Source: Bacilli bacterium (GTDB taxonomy: Bacteria > Bacillota_I > Bacilli_A > ML615J-28 > CAG-698). From it: 64,000 nucleotides of DNA. Below the pieces are notes generated by a model, which saw nothing but the letters and a program-made list of their open reading frames with translations, did not search any database and was not told the origin of the DNA. The stretch covers positions 192,001 through 256,000 of the forward strand of contig JBMNLZ010000001.1 in assembly GCA_050953065.1 (NCBI GenBank), written 5' to 3'. Positions 49,175-59,682 of this stretch are shown here, piece after piece (position 1 is the stretch's first letter; each line of letters opens with the position of its first letter). Both the position numbers and the translations under genes were made by a program.

Positions 49175-50410
49175 TTATTTTACAATCATCTTACTTTCTA
49201 TGTAATATCTTTTTTCATTGGCATGTCCCATAGAGAAAGTTTTTCTTGGAAGGCTTCCACAGTTTACAACATAGTTAAATAAATCTACTTTATTAAGTGG
49301 TGGTAAAGTAATTCCAATACTATTAATATTGTTATCACAAACTTGTTTCATATCATATAATCCATGTACATAATCAACTTTTGTATTAGGATGATTCTTA
49401 ATATAATCATCTATATACTCTTGAACCTCTTTTACTGCTATTGCAGCATTACTTGGCAAAAGAATTTTTTCTGCCACTCCTGTTTTATACAAAATACACT
49501 CAAAATCACCTTTACAAACCTTTTTAAAGCCTTCATAAAAGTCATTGTCTGGATTAAAAACTACTCTATGAATAGGTTCAAAAACTAATCCTTCATCAAA
49601 AATATTCATCACTTCTACTAATGCGTATCTAGCTGGGTGATTAACAACTTCTTTTTCATTTAAAGTTTTTTTCAAATTATCCCAATGAGTTTTAGCCGTA
49701 GCTAAAGAATGATTTCCATCCCCAACTACAAACTGCATAATATTATTGCTATCCCAATTGTTTTCTTTAATTGTTTGTTTTGAAATCAACTCTTCAAAAG
49801 ATTTTATTATTTCTTTACAATTTACAATTTTATAGCCAGTTACATGGCCACCATCCATATTTAAATCAAAATCATAAATTTTTTCAAATTGGTCTTTTTT
49901 ATTATATAAGTTCTCAATTATAGTTTGTTTTTTATCATTTATTAACAATAGAATATGAGGTAACTCAATCAAAGCATTTTTTCTAATTCTAACCCTTGGA
50001 GGAATTCTTTCAATAACCGTTTGTTCAGTTGCTCTAATCATAGCCTTATCAGACGCTTTGTAACTATAAGCATCTAAATCTACAGCCAATACCAATCCTA
50101 ATCTTCTTTTTTGATAAGGTGTCTTTCTATCAATAAGAACCATGCATTCGCCTATGCTTTCTAAAACTCCTTCTTCCAAATATTTTTTCATATTCAAATT
50201 TATACTATCTATAATAGGATTATTATCTTTTTCTAAATAGACTTCTGGAAAAACCAAGCGAAGAGTTGATGGCGCATCACCAACTAAAGAATTTAGTTTT
50301 TCCCAATATTCTGGTTGACTTGTAAATTGATCACAAGCAATAATCGCCCACTTTTCCATATTTACATTTTTTTTAGGCATTAAAATTGTAGGAATTTTAA
50401 TAATACTCAT
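49175..50410 (-). CDS. DUF1015 family protein
   Basis: WAIIACDQFTSQPEYW, GDGNHSLATAK and LPRKTFSMG motifs. ATG 50410 is 8 nt after AAAGGAG. Confidence 0.85.
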   Translation of the reverse strand: MSIIKIPTILMPKKNVNMEKWAIIACDQFTSQPEYWEKLNSLVGDAPSTLRLVFPEVYLEKDNNPIIDSINLNMKKYLEEGVLESIGECMVLIDRKTPYQKRRLGLVLAVDLDAYSYKASDKAMIRATEQTVIERIPPRVRIRKNALIELPHILLLINDKKQTIIENLYNKKDQFEKIYDFDLNMDGGHVTGYKIVNCKEIIKSFEELISKQTIKENNWDSNNIMQFVVGDGNHSLATAKTHWDNLKKTLNEKEVVNHPARYALVEVMNIFDEGLVFEPIHRVVFNPDNDFYEGFKKVCKGDFECILYKTGVAEKILLPSNAAIAVKEVQEYIDDYIKNHPNTKVDYVHGLYDMKQVCDNNINSIGITLPPLNKVDLFNYVVNCGSLPRKTFSMGHANEKRYYIESKMIVK

Positions 50411-50435
50411 AAACATATCTCCTTTATACCAACTC

Positions 50436-50538
50436 ATTATATTTTATTATTTCAAATAAGTCAAACGATAAAAAACGTTTTTATAAAAATCACCCTTTTT
50501 ATTTTTTTATTGATTTTTTTAGATATCTAGTGTATAAT
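50436..50538. promoter_or_regulatory. Divergent SigA promoters for DUF1015-polC and coaD
   Basis: Minus strand: TTGACT-17-TATAAT (50464..50436). Plus strand: TTGATT-17-TATAAT (50510..50538). Confidence 0.75.
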
Positions 50539-50564
50539 TTTACATATATATTAGGAGAAAAAAT

Positions 50565-51059
50565 ATGAAAATAGCTGTTTATCCAGGATCTTTTGATCCA
50601 GTATCTAATGGTCATCTTGATTTAATACATAGAGCTTCGCAAATCTTTGATAAAGTTTATGTTTTAGTATCTATCAATATCAGTAAAAAGTATATGTTTG
50701 ATGCTAATGAAAGAGAACATATGATGAAAATAGCAACTAAAAATTTAAAAAATGTTGTTGTTGAACAAAGTGATGATCTTGTTTTACATTTTGCAAAGAA
50801 AAAAAATGCAAATGTCATCATTAGAGGATTAAGAAGCATGAATGAATATCAACACGAAATAACTCTTTTTCAATTCAATCGTTCAATTGATCCTTCAATT
50901 GATACATTCATTCTTTTCCCTTCTGCTAATAACTTATTCTTATCTAGTTCATCAATAAAAGAATTGGTTGTTTTTAATGAGGATATTTCTAACTACGTAC
51001 CTAAAGATTTAGTAAACTATATTACTACTGAAATAAAAAAGAGAATTCACAAAGATTAA
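50565..51059 (+). CDS. coaD: Phosphopantetheine adenylyltransferase
   Basis: YPGSFDPVSNGHLD, IRGLR and SSS motifs. Confidence 0.96.
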   Translation: MKIAVYPGSFDPVSNGHLDLIHRASQIFDKVYVLVSINISKKYMFDANEREHMMKIATKNLKNVVVEQSDDLVLHFAKKKNANVIIRGLRSMNEYQHEITLFQFNRSIDPSIDTFILFPSANNLFLSSSSIKELVVFNEDISNYVPKDLVNYITTEIKKRIHKD

Positions 51060-51082
51060 ATACACTTAAGAGGAAATTAAAC

Positions 51083-51739
51083 ATGACAAAAATCATCGGA
51101 GCTACTCCAAGAATTTTATTTGAAGGAACTACAAAAAAACAATTTATTAATGAAAGATATCTATCTTTTCTTACTGCTAGGGGCTTTAACGTAATTATGT
51201 TAACAACAAAAAACCCGAACATTGATGAAGTATTATCTTTATGTGATGGTTTTTTAATAACTGGTGGTTCAGATGTTGAGCCTAGTTATTACAATGAGAA
51301 AAATGAGGGGCTATCAAAAGATTGCGATACAGACTTAGATGAAATAGATAAAGCTGTAACACTTTATGCAATTAAACATAAAAAACCTTTACTAGGAATT
51401 TGTAGGGGAATTCAATCAATCAACGTTTTTGCTGGTGGTTCACTTCATCAAGACATAGGAAAAAATCACTCAAATGTAGATAAAGATCATTTGATTAAAA
51501 CATTTAAAAATGATTTCATCGATTTTAAAAAAGAAACAATCAACTGCAACAGTTACCATCATCAAGCAATTAAAGATTTAGCACCAGATTTTGAAATTAT
51601 TGCAAAAAATGGTGATATAGTAGAAGCAATAATACACAAACATCTTCCTATCCTTGGAGTTCAATGGCATCCAGAAGTTACTCCAAATACAGATGAAAGT
51701 AAAATTGTTTTTGAATGTTTTAAAAACCTTTTTAAATAA
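51083..51739 (+). CDS. Gamma-glutamyl-gamma-aminobutyrate hydrolase family (peptidase C26, class I GATase)
   Basis: TGGSDV, GICRG, NSYHHQ and QWHPE motifs (Cys-His-Glu triad). Confidence 0.9.
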   Translation: MTKIIGATPRILFEGTTKKQFINERYLSFLTARGFNVIMLTTKNPNIDEVLSLCDGFLITGGSDVEPSYYNEKNEGLSKDCDTDLDEIDKAVTLYAIKHKKPLLGICRGIQSINVFAGGSLHQDIGKNHSNVDKDHLIKTFKNDFIDFKKETINCNSYHHQAIKDLAPDFEIIAKNGDIVEAIIHKHLPILGVQWHPEVTPNTDESKIVFECFKNLFK

Positions 51740-51746
51740 AATATAT

Positions 51747-51773
51747 AAAAAGCACATTTAATATGTGCTTTTT
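51747..51773. terminator. Bidirectional terminator
   Basis: AAAAAGCACAT/ATGTGCTTTTT stem between convergent genes. Confidence 0.82.
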
Positions 51774-51776
51774 ATT

Positions 51777-52805
51777 TTACATTAATTTATTTTTATTAAC
51801 CAAATTTTGATAAGTTTTTTTTAGTTTTTTTCCAACTTCTAAAAGAGTTCTTTTTTCTAATACTTTTAGTCCTTCTTCTATCAAACCTTCCATAGGATTC
51901 TTAAGAATATAATCAATTTTATCAATAAATTCTTCGTTATTATTTGCTTTTATGCAATTAACTCCATCTATTAACCAATCATCAAAAACACCTATATCTC
52001 TTATTAAAACTGGTGTTTTACTAGCTAACGCCTCTAAAACTACAATTCCTTCCGTCTCTTCATAACTAGGAAAGAAAAACAAACTAGCATTTTTTAAAGC
52101 AATTCTTACTTCTTTTTCACTAAGATATCCTGGTAAAATAACATTCTTAGTTTTATTTTTTAAGGCTTTATTAATCTTTAAACTAGTTATAAAAGGATAT
52201 TTTTGTCCTAACCAAACAAATTTAATATCTGGAAATTGTTTAGCTACTTCTATAAAATCATGCAATCCTTTTCTTACAAAATACATTCCAATTCCTAAAA
52301 TGTATTTTTCATTTTTTTTAAGTTTTAGTTTTTCGTTTAATAAATTTATTTCTTGTTCAGTAAAATTGTTGTCATTGGTAAACCTATCTAAATCTATTCC
52401 ATTAGAAATATTTACAATTTCACAATTAACTCCTTTATAATTTGAGATTAATTTTTTCGAATAATTAGTAGGTGTAATAATCAAATCTGCTTTACTATAC
52501 ATTCGCATTATACAATTATTAAACCAAAACGCTATTTGATTAGAAAATTTAAAAGAATTTAAAAAATCTTCTTTTGTACTATGACCATGAACAATCACTG
52601 GAATTTTATTTTTTTTAGTTTTTTTTAGCAATTTATAACTTTTAGAAAAAATGGTATTTATATGAACTAAGTCGTATTTATCTTTTGGGTCTAATGTATA
52701 TTCTACATCATTTAATTCTAATGCTTTCATTTGATGATATAGTGCTCGCCCAATACCACTTTTTTTCAAAGTATTCTGTTTTTCAGAAAAAAGTAAAACC
52801 TTCAT
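51777..52805 (-). CDS. GT4 glycosyltransferase, diglucosyl-diacylglycerol synthase-like (Acholeplasma DGS / streptococcal CpoA type)
   Basis: KKSGIGRA..HQ..AL, HGHSTKEDF, SNGIDL and FFPSYEETEGIVVLEA motifs. Confidence 0.85.
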   Translation of the reverse strand: MKVLLFSEKQNTLKKSGIGRALYHQMKALELNDVEYTLDPKDKYDLVHINTIFSKSYKLLKKTKKNKIPVIVHGHSTKEDFLNSFKFSNQIAFWFNNCIMRMYSKADLIITPTNYSKKLISNYKGVNCEIVNISNGIDLDRFTNDNNFTEQEINLLNEKLKLKKNEKYILGIGMYFVRKGLHDFIEVAKQFPDIKFVWLGQKYPFITSLKINKALKNKTKNVILPGYLSEKEVRIALKNASLFFFPSYEETEGIVVLEALASKTPVLIRDIGVFDDWLIDGVNCIKANNNEEFIDKIDYILKNPMEGLIEEGLKVLEKRTLLEVGKKLKKTYQNLVNKNKLM

Positions 52806-52820
52806 TAATTTATCCTTTAA

Positions 52821-54668
52821 CTACTTCTTTTCCATTCTCAAAATAGTACCGCTTTTTGATTCCAAATGTAAAAACTCATCACATTTTTTATTATTTATTA
52901 AATCAAAATATTTTGCATCTAATTGTAAGTCATATGAAAAATCACTATTATTAATAACAATTAATACTACTTCATTATTATTATATCTTTTGAAAGAAAA
53001 GATTTCCTGATTAATCACATATTCTCGATATAAACCATCAATAAATACACTCATTTTTCTAATTTGAGTTATTTTTTTATACCAATCATTAATATTTTTG
53101 TTTATATTATTCCAAGGAAATGTTCTTCTACAAAATGGATCTTTAAATCCTTGAACTCCTGCTTCATCCCCATAGAATATACAAGGTACACCAGGCAAAG
53201 TAAATTGAAGTAATGATGCGATTTTTAATTTAACAATTGCTTCATCAAACTCTAAATCACTCATTTTATAATTTGCTTGTTCATCTTTTGAAAGTTTTTC
53301 ACCATCTACGTAAGCAAAATTATTTAAAACTCTCATAGTATCGTGGGTACCAAGAATATTCATTAAACTATCTAAAACATGTTTAGGATAATTATTAATA
53401 ATATACCTAATAACATTTTTAAGCTTTCCCCAAGCATTATATCTAACATAAGTAATGATTACTTCTTTAAAAGGATAGTTCATAACACTATCTAATTGCT
53501 TGCCGTTAAAATATTCTTTTCTAACGCTGTATGCCATTTTATTAGATGCATCTTCCCAAACTTCACCAATCAAAAGATTTTCATCATCTACTCTTTTGAC
53601 TGCATTGCTAATGCCTTCAACCATATTATTATTAAGTTCATCAACAACATCTAATCTAAAGCCCTTTGCTCCTAACTTAAGCCATTTTTCAATGACTCCA
53701 TTAGAACCAGCAATAAAATCTAAATAATCCTTTGAATTTTGATTTACACTTGGTAGTGTTGTAAAGCCCCACCAACTATCATATCTATTAGGATATTCAA
53801 TAAATCTAAACCAATCATAATACTTTGAATCTTTTGATTGATAGGCTCCCAGTTCAGGATACTTACCATACTTATTAAAATAGATACTATCATCACCTGT
53901 ATGATTAAAAACACCATCTAATATAATATGCATTTTTCTTTTTTTAGCCTCTTTACAAAGTTTTATAAATGTTTTTTCAGTACCAAACATTGAATCAATT
54001 TTAAGATAATTACCTGTATCATATTTATGATTTGAATAAGCTTCAAATATTGGATTCAAGTAAATTGTAGTTATATTTAATTCAGCTAAATAATCTAACT
54101 TTTTAATAACTCCTTCTAAGTTTCCACCAAAAAAATCATTATTTAAAACCTGACCATTAATAGGCTTATAATTAGGGGTATCATCCCAATTTGTATGCAT
54201 AATTACATCTTCTCTAACAGGTAAATCTTCCCCTTTGAAAAATCTATCAACCATTATTTGATACATCACTGAACCTTTAAACCACTTTAAAGAACCTCTA
54301 AACTTATTATGTATAGTTAATTGCCAATAATTCGGTAAAAAATCTGTCAACCTAGGTTCTAAATTTGGTTTACACCCAATATAGTAAATACCATAACAAT
54401 CTGAAAATTGGAAACAATACCAATACAATCCTTCATTATTTAACGTAAAATCAACGCTATAGACATTATATCTACTATTTTGATCAATAATGTCCATTTG
54501 TTTTGTTAATACATCCATACCACAATCATCTTTAATAATAATCAGTGGTAGAGAGATAATATATTCTTGAGAAATTTTTATCTTGATTGTAATTTTTTTA
54601 TTTTTTTCAGCAGCTCCTACTGGAGACTTAAATTCTTCAAGAATTGGATTGTAAATGATTTTTTCCAT
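52821..54668 (-). CDS. GH13 amylopullulanase/neopullulanase-like glycosidase
   Basis: DGVFNH, GFRLDVVDE, GEVWED and GTHDT motifs. Likely start ATG 54668. Confidence 0.9.
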   Translation of the reverse strand: MEKIIYNPILEEFKSPVGAAEKNKKITIKIKISQEYIISLPLIIIKDDCGMDVLTKQMDIIDQNSRYNVYSVDFTLNNEGLYWYCFQFSDCYGIYYIGCKPNLEPRLTDFLPNYWQLTIHNKFRGSLKWFKGSVMYQIMVDRFFKGEDLPVREDVIMHTNWDDTPNYKPINGQVLNNDFFGGNLEGVIKKLDYLAELNITTIYLNPIFEAYSNHKYDTGNYLKIDSMFGTEKTFIKLCKEAKKRKMHIILDGVFNHTGDDSIYFNKYGKYPELGAYQSKDSKYYDWFRFIEYPNRYDSWWGFTTLPSVNQNSKDYLDFIAGSNGVIEKWLKLGAKGFRLDVVDELNNNMVEGISNAVKRVDDENLLIGEVWEDASNKMAYSVRKEYFNGKQLDSVMNYPFKEVIITYVRYNAWGKLKNVIRYIINNYPKHVLDSLMNILGTHDTMRVLNNFAYVDGEKLSKDEQANYKMSDLEFDEAIVKLKIASLLQFTLPGVPCIFYGDEAGVQGFKDPFCRRTFPWNNINKNINDWYKKITQIRKMSVFIDGLYREYVINQEIFSFKRYNNNEVVLIVINNSDFSYDLQLDAKYFDLINNKKCDEFLHLESKSGTILRMEKK

Positions 54669-54673
54669 ATTTG

Positions 54674-57094
54674 TTAGATCCTCTTTATGTTCCAAATATT
54701 TTCAGCATATTCTTTGATACTTCTATCAGCTGAAAAGATACCTGCTCTAGCGATATTCATTAATGAGGCTTTATTCCACTTAGTTTTATCTTTGTATAAT
54801 TCATCCATTTTATAGTGTGCTTCTAAGTAACTATCAAAATCAGCTAAACACATATATGGATCTGCTTGTGGATAACGATTTAATAAATAATCAGTAATAT
54901 GAGCAAAAGACTGACCATTAAAACCTTGATTTAATCTATTTAAAACTTTTCTAATTTTTTCATTGCTATTAAAGTAATCATATGGATTATAACCTTTTTC
55001 ATAGATTTTCTTCACTTCTTCTGATTTCAATCCAAAGATAAAGATATTTTCACCATCTAAGTTTTCGTTCATTTCAACATTCGCACCATCTAAAGTACCT
55101 AATGTCAATGCACCATTAATCATAAACTTCATATTACCGGTACCACTAGCCTCTTTCCCAGCCAATGAAATTTGTTCACTTACCTCACTTGCAGGCATTA
55201 ATTTTTCAGCGGTTGTAACACAGTAATTTTCCGTAAATATTACGTTTAATCTTTCTCTAATTTCAGGTCGTTTTTCAATTTCCTTTGACAAACAATAAAT
55301 CAACTGAATAACTTGTTTGGCAGCTAAATACGAAGGCGCAGCTTTAGCACCAAATATGAAAGTTTGCGGTGTAAAATCTACATTGTAATTTTCTTCAAGT
55401 TGAGTTAATAAATAAACTATTTTTAAAACATTGAGTAATTGTCTTTTATATTCATGTAATCTTTTTACTTGAACATCAAATCTTGTTTTAGGATCAATTA
55501 CAATTCCTTCTTTTTTGTATAAATATTTAGCAAAATCACATTTGTTTTTATATTTAATTTCTTCTAATCTTTCTAATACTTCTTTATCATCTATAAATTT
55601 TTCAAATTTTTTAAGATGAACTGCATCTTTATAAAAATCATGCCCTATTTTTTCTTCTAATAATTGATTTAACGAAGGATTTGATTGACAAAGCCAACGT
55701 CTATAAGCAATACCGTTTGTTACATTAGTAAATTTCTCAGGTGTCATCTTATAATATCCATTAAAAATACTGTCTTTAATAATATTACTATGTAGTCCAG
55801 AAACACCATTTACTTTGTGAGAAGCTATAACACATAAATTAGCCATATGTACTTTATCATTAGAAAAAACAGCTAGATTATCTATATCACCATTTTTTAC
55901 ACCCAAGCACCTAGCTTCATCTCGGAATTTTCTATCAATTTGTTGTAAAATCACATAAATTCTTGGAAGTTTTTCTCTTATGATAAATTCTTCCCATTTT
56001 TCTAAGGCTTCAGCCATAATAGTATGGTTAGTGTAAGCAACAGTTTTGGTTACTATTTCCCAAGATTCATCCCAACCTAGTTGGAAATCATCAATCAAAA
56101 TTCTCATAAGTTCAGGAATACACAATGCTGGATGTGTATCATTAATATGAATTGCAACATGTTTTGGTAGGCTTCTTATATCACCATAGTTTTTAAAATG
56201 ATCAGTAATGATACTTTGAATTGAAGCACTAACTAAAAAATATTGTTGTTTTAATCTCAATACCTTTCCTTCATAATGTTCATTTGCAGGATATAAAACT
56301 TTTGTAATTAATTCTGCATCATTATATTCTCTCATCGCTTTTATATAATCACCTTGCGAAAAAGAGTTAATATCAAAAGTGTGTACGTTCCTACTTCTCC
56401 ACAAACGTAATGCACTTACAGCTTCGCTTTCAGCACCTGGAACCATCATATCATATGGTATTGCCTCTACTTCATTATAATTTTTATAGTCATAATATGT
56501 TTTACCATTAATATGTCTTTCAACAATTTCACCATCAAATTTAACAGTGAAAACTTTATCTGTTCTAATAGTTAGCCAAACATCACCTGCTGGTAACCAA
56601 ACATCTGGAGTTTCAGTTTGCCATCCATTATGGTCAATTTTTTGTTTAAAAAAACCATACTCATAACGCAAAGAAAAACCAGTTGCAGGATATTGTAAAC
56701 TTGATAATGCATCTAAAAAACACGCTCCTAGTCTTCCTAGTCCGCCATTTCCAAGTCCTGCATCCGGTTCATATTCACATAGGTCTTCAATAGTAAAACC
56801 AATACCTTGAACCACTTCTTCAACTGCATCAAAAAGCCCTAAATTACTTATATTATTTCTCAAAGACTTACCCATTAAAAATTCCATGCTTAAATAATAC
56901 ACTCTTTTAGCTTTTTTTGTTTTTACTTTTGTGTTGAATTCCCTTCTTTTTCTTCTCATTATATCATTAATTGTAGTTGCTAAAGCTTTATAAACTTCTT
57001 CAGGTTTTGCTTCACTAATAGAAATTTCAAACAATTTATTTAAATTTTCTTCTAGCAACTCTCTTATTTTTGTTGAATCATAGATCGTCCCCAT
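54674..57094 (-). CDS. glgP: Glycogen phosphorylase
   Basis: GNGGLGRL, INDTHP, KRLHEYKRQ and EASGTGNMK motifs. Confidence 0.97.
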   Translation of the reverse strand: MGTIYDSTKIRELLEENLNKLFEISISEAKPEEVYKALATTINDIMRRKRREFNTKVKTKKAKRVYYLSMEFLMGKSLRNNISNLGLFDAVEEVVQGIGFTIEDLCEYEPDAGLGNGGLGRLGACFLDALSSLQYPATGFSLRYEYGFFKQKIDHNGWQTETPDVWLPAGDVWLTIRTDKVFTVKFDGEIVERHINGKTYYDYKNYNEVEAIPYDMMVPGAESEAVSALRLWRSRNVHTFDINSFSQGDYIKAMREYNDAELITKVLYPANEHYEGKVLRLKQQYFLVSASIQSIITDHFKNYGDIRSLPKHVAIHINDTHPALCIPELMRILIDDFQLGWDESWEIVTKTVAYTNHTIMAEALEKWEEFIIREKLPRIYVILQQIDRKFRDEARCLGVKNGDIDNLAVFSNDKVHMANLCVIASHKVNGVSGLHSNIIKDSIFNGYYKMTPEKFTNVTNGIAYRRWLCQSNPSLNQLLEEKIGHDFYKDAVHLKKFEKFIDDKEVLERLEEIKYKNKCDFAKYLYKKEGIVIDPKTRFDVQVKRLHEYKRQLLNVLKIVYLLTQLEENYNVDFTPQTFIFGAKAAPSYLAAKQVIQLIYCLSKEIEKRPEIRERLNVIFTENYCVTTAEKLMPASEVSEQISLAGKEASGTGNMKFMINGALTLGTLDGANVEMNENLDGENIFIFGLKSEEVKKIYEKGYNPYDYFNSNEKIRKVLNRLNQGFNGQSFAHITDYLLNRYPQADPYMCLADFDSYLEAHYKMDELYKDKTKWNKASLMNIARAGIFSADRSIKEYAENIWNIKRI

Positions 57095-58536
57095 TATTTC
57101 GCTCCTTTTTTCTTTAGTAATTCATTATATTTTGCTATATATTCCTTGCTGGATCTATTCCAACTAAAATCAACTGACATAGCTTTTTTTATTAATTTTT
57201 TAAAATCTTCCTTTTTATTAAATACACCAACTGCTTCAGTTATTTTTGCAAGCATTTGTGAAGAATCATAATCTTTAAAAACAAACCCGTTTCCATCTTT
57301 TTCACTGTAATCTTTAATTGTATCAAATAATCCACCAGTAGCTCTAACTATTGGAACACAACCATAGCGTGATGCAATCATTTGACTCAAACCACAAGGT
57401 TCCATTTTAGAAGGCATTAAAAACAAATCACTACCACTATAAATTCGTTTTGATAGATCCATGTCATATGTTATTAAAGCACTAACTCTTTTAGGATAAA
57501 ATCTTGCCATTTCTTGGAATCTTTGTTCATAATAATAATCACCTTTACCTAAAATTATTACTTGTACATTATCAAGCATAATTTCATGAAATTTATCCAA
57601 AATTAAATCAATCCCTTTATGACTAGCAAGTCTAGAAATAATACTTATAATACAAATATCATCGTTAACTTCTAAATCTAGCCCCATTTGTAATGCTTTT
57701 TTATTTTCTTTTCTTTTTTCAATAGAATCAATATCAAAATTAGCATTAATACTTTGATCAGTCATCGGATTATAAAACTCTGTATTTATACCATTAATAA
57801 TTCCAACGATTTTACTACTATTTAAACGAATTATGTATTCTAACCCACAAGCATATTGAGAAAGAGCTATCTCTCTTGCATATCTTGGACTTACTGTAGT
57901 AATTAAATCACTACATACAATAGCACCTTTCACAAGATTAATATCACCATTATACATCAATAAATCAGTATATTTTTTAGAAATTCCAAAGACATCTTCT
58001 AAAATATGTTCACCAAATCTACCTTGATATTCAATGTTATGAATTGTAAAAACAGATTTAATATCCATATACTTGCCTTCTTTTTTATATAAAATGTCTA
58101 AAAAGATATTAACTAAAGCTGTATGCCAATCATGTGTATGAATAACATCTGGTTGGTTAGTTAGCAAAGGTAAAACATCTATTACACTTTTTGAGAAAAA
58201 TGCAAATCTCTCACCATCATCATAATGTCCATAAATATTATCTCTATCAAAATAATATTTATTATCTATAAAATAATAAGTTACACCTTCATAAACCATG
58301 CGAAACAAACCACAATACAACTTACGCCAAGCAAGTTGAATTTGTGATTTACCCAAAAATTTTAATTTTTTACCGTATTTTTCTAAAATTCCACGGTATA
58401 AAGGCATAATTACTTCTACTTTATAATTTGTATTAGAGGCCATTATTGCCTTAGGTAAAGAGCCAGCAACTTCTGCAAGCCCACCTGTTGCTATAAACGG
58501 TTGACACTCAGCAACCGCAAATAATATTCTTTTCAT
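57094..58536 (-). CDS. glgA: Glycogen synthase
   Basis: TGGL, HDWHT, FTIHN, EPCGLSQ and TGGLFDT motifs. ATG 58536 follows GAGGTGA. Confidence 0.95.
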   Translation of the reverse strand: MKRILFAVAECQPFIATGGLAEVAGSLPKAIMASNTNYKVEVIMPLYRGILEKYGKKLKFLGKSQIQLAWRKLYCGLFRMVYEGVTYYFIDNKYYFDRDNIYGHYDDGERFAFFSKSVIDVLPLLTNQPDVIHTHDWHTALVNIFLDILYKKEGKYMDIKSVFTIHNIEYQGRFGEHILEDVFGISKKYTDLLMYNGDINLVKGAIVCSDLITTVSPRYAREIALSQYACGLEYIIRLNSSKIVGIINGINTEFYNPMTDQSINANFDIDSIEKRKENKKALQMGLDLEVNDDICIISIISRLASHKGIDLILDKFHEIMLDNVQVIILGKGDYYYEQRFQEMARFYPKRVSALITYDMDLSKRIYSGSDLFLMPSKMEPCGLSQMIASRYGCVPIVRATGGLFDTIKDYSEKDGNGFVFKDYDSSQMLAKITEAVGVFNKKEDFKKLIKKAMSVDFSWNRSSKEYIAKYNELLKKKGAK

Positions 58537-58557
58537 ATTAATCACCTCTTAGAAAAA

Positions 58558-59679
58558 TTAAATACTAGCATCTTTTTTTACATATATAAGATGGTTCGCA
58601 CTTCCTTTTATTTCTTTCTTGTTATGAATTTTTACATTTTTATCAGTTACAACATATTCAATTGTTGTGTTATCTGAAACTTCAGTATCTTGATTTAAAA
58701 TTGAATTTTTGATAACTGTTCCTTTTCCAACTTTTACACCTCTAAATAAAATTGAATTTTCAACAGTTCCATCAATGATACAACCATCAGCAATTAATGA
58801 ATTAGTAATTTTAGCGTTTTGACAATAAAGTGTAGGCGCAGAATCTCGAACTTTTGTATAAATTGATCTTCCCTTAACTTCAAACAATTCTTGGCGAACT
58901 TCTTTTTTCAACAATTGCATATTAACATCATAATAACTTTGTAAACTACTAATATTTCCAAAGTAACCTGAAAACTTATAACCATATATTTTTAAATTAT
59001 TGACATTTTGTCTTAAAATATCTTTACTAAAACTTTGAGAATTAAAATTCATTGCATCTAGAACTAAACTTACTAATAATTCTCTTTTCAATACCCATAT
59101 ATCAGCTGAAACATTAGCCTCTTCATTGACAGTATCAACGATATCTATACTAACAACCCTTTTATTAGGAGCTAATACAAATGTGTTAGCTGGAAAATAG
59201 TATGAATCATTTGTGATTTTTTGAGTACGATAAACACAAGTTATGTCTGCATTCTTTTGAATATGAAAATCTATTAAATCAGAAAAATCAAAATTGCACA
59301 CATGGTAGCAGTCAGTCAATATAACATATTCTTCTTTAGCATTATTAATAAAACTAATTATTCTTTTCAAAGCTTCAAGCCTAGTATTATAAATTGTATC
59401 TTCGTTTATTCCATAAGGTGGTAAAATTACTAACCCACCAGTTTTTCTCGCTAAGTCCCATTCTTTTCCAGAACCTACATGGTCCATTAAAGATTGAAAA
59501 TTGCTTTTTGTAATTACGCCAATATGATTAACACCATGATTAACTAAACTTGATAATGTAAAATCAATCAATCTATATCTTCCGCCAATAGGTGCAGAAG
59601 CAATAGTTCTAACTTGAGTTATTTCAAAAACTTCTTTACTATGTATATTTGAAAAAATTATTCCTAAAATCGATGCCAT
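58558..59679 (-). CDS. glgD: Glucose-1-phosphate adenylyltransferase subunit GlgD
   Basis: GGRYRLIDF and SLMDHVGSGKEWDLARK motifs; lacks the LAGG motif. Confidence 0.94.
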   Translation of the reverse strand: MASILGIIFSNIHSKEVFEITQVRTIASAPIGGRYRLIDFTLSSLVNHGVNHIGVITKSNFQSLMDHVGSGKEWDLARKTGGLVILPPYGINEDTIYNTRLEALKRIISFINNAKEEYVILTDCYHVCNFDFSDLIDFHIQKNADITCVYRTQKITNDSYYFPANTFVLAPNKRVVSIDIVDTVNEEANVSADIWVLKRELLVSLVLDAMNFNSQSFSKDILRQNVNNLKIYGYKFSGYFGNISSLQSYYDVNMQLLKKEVRQELFEVKGRSIYTKVRDSAPTLYCQNAKITNSLIADGCIIDGTVENSILFRGVKVGKGTVIKNSILNQDTEVSDNTTIEYVVTDKNVKIHNKKEIKGSANHLIYVKKDASI

Positions 59680-59682
59680 AAT

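Noticed and set aside
50468-50484. AAAAACGTTTTT palindrome between the DUF1015 and coaD promoters
   Set aside because: Low complexity and lacks the TG/CA ends; likely by chance in AT-rich DNA.
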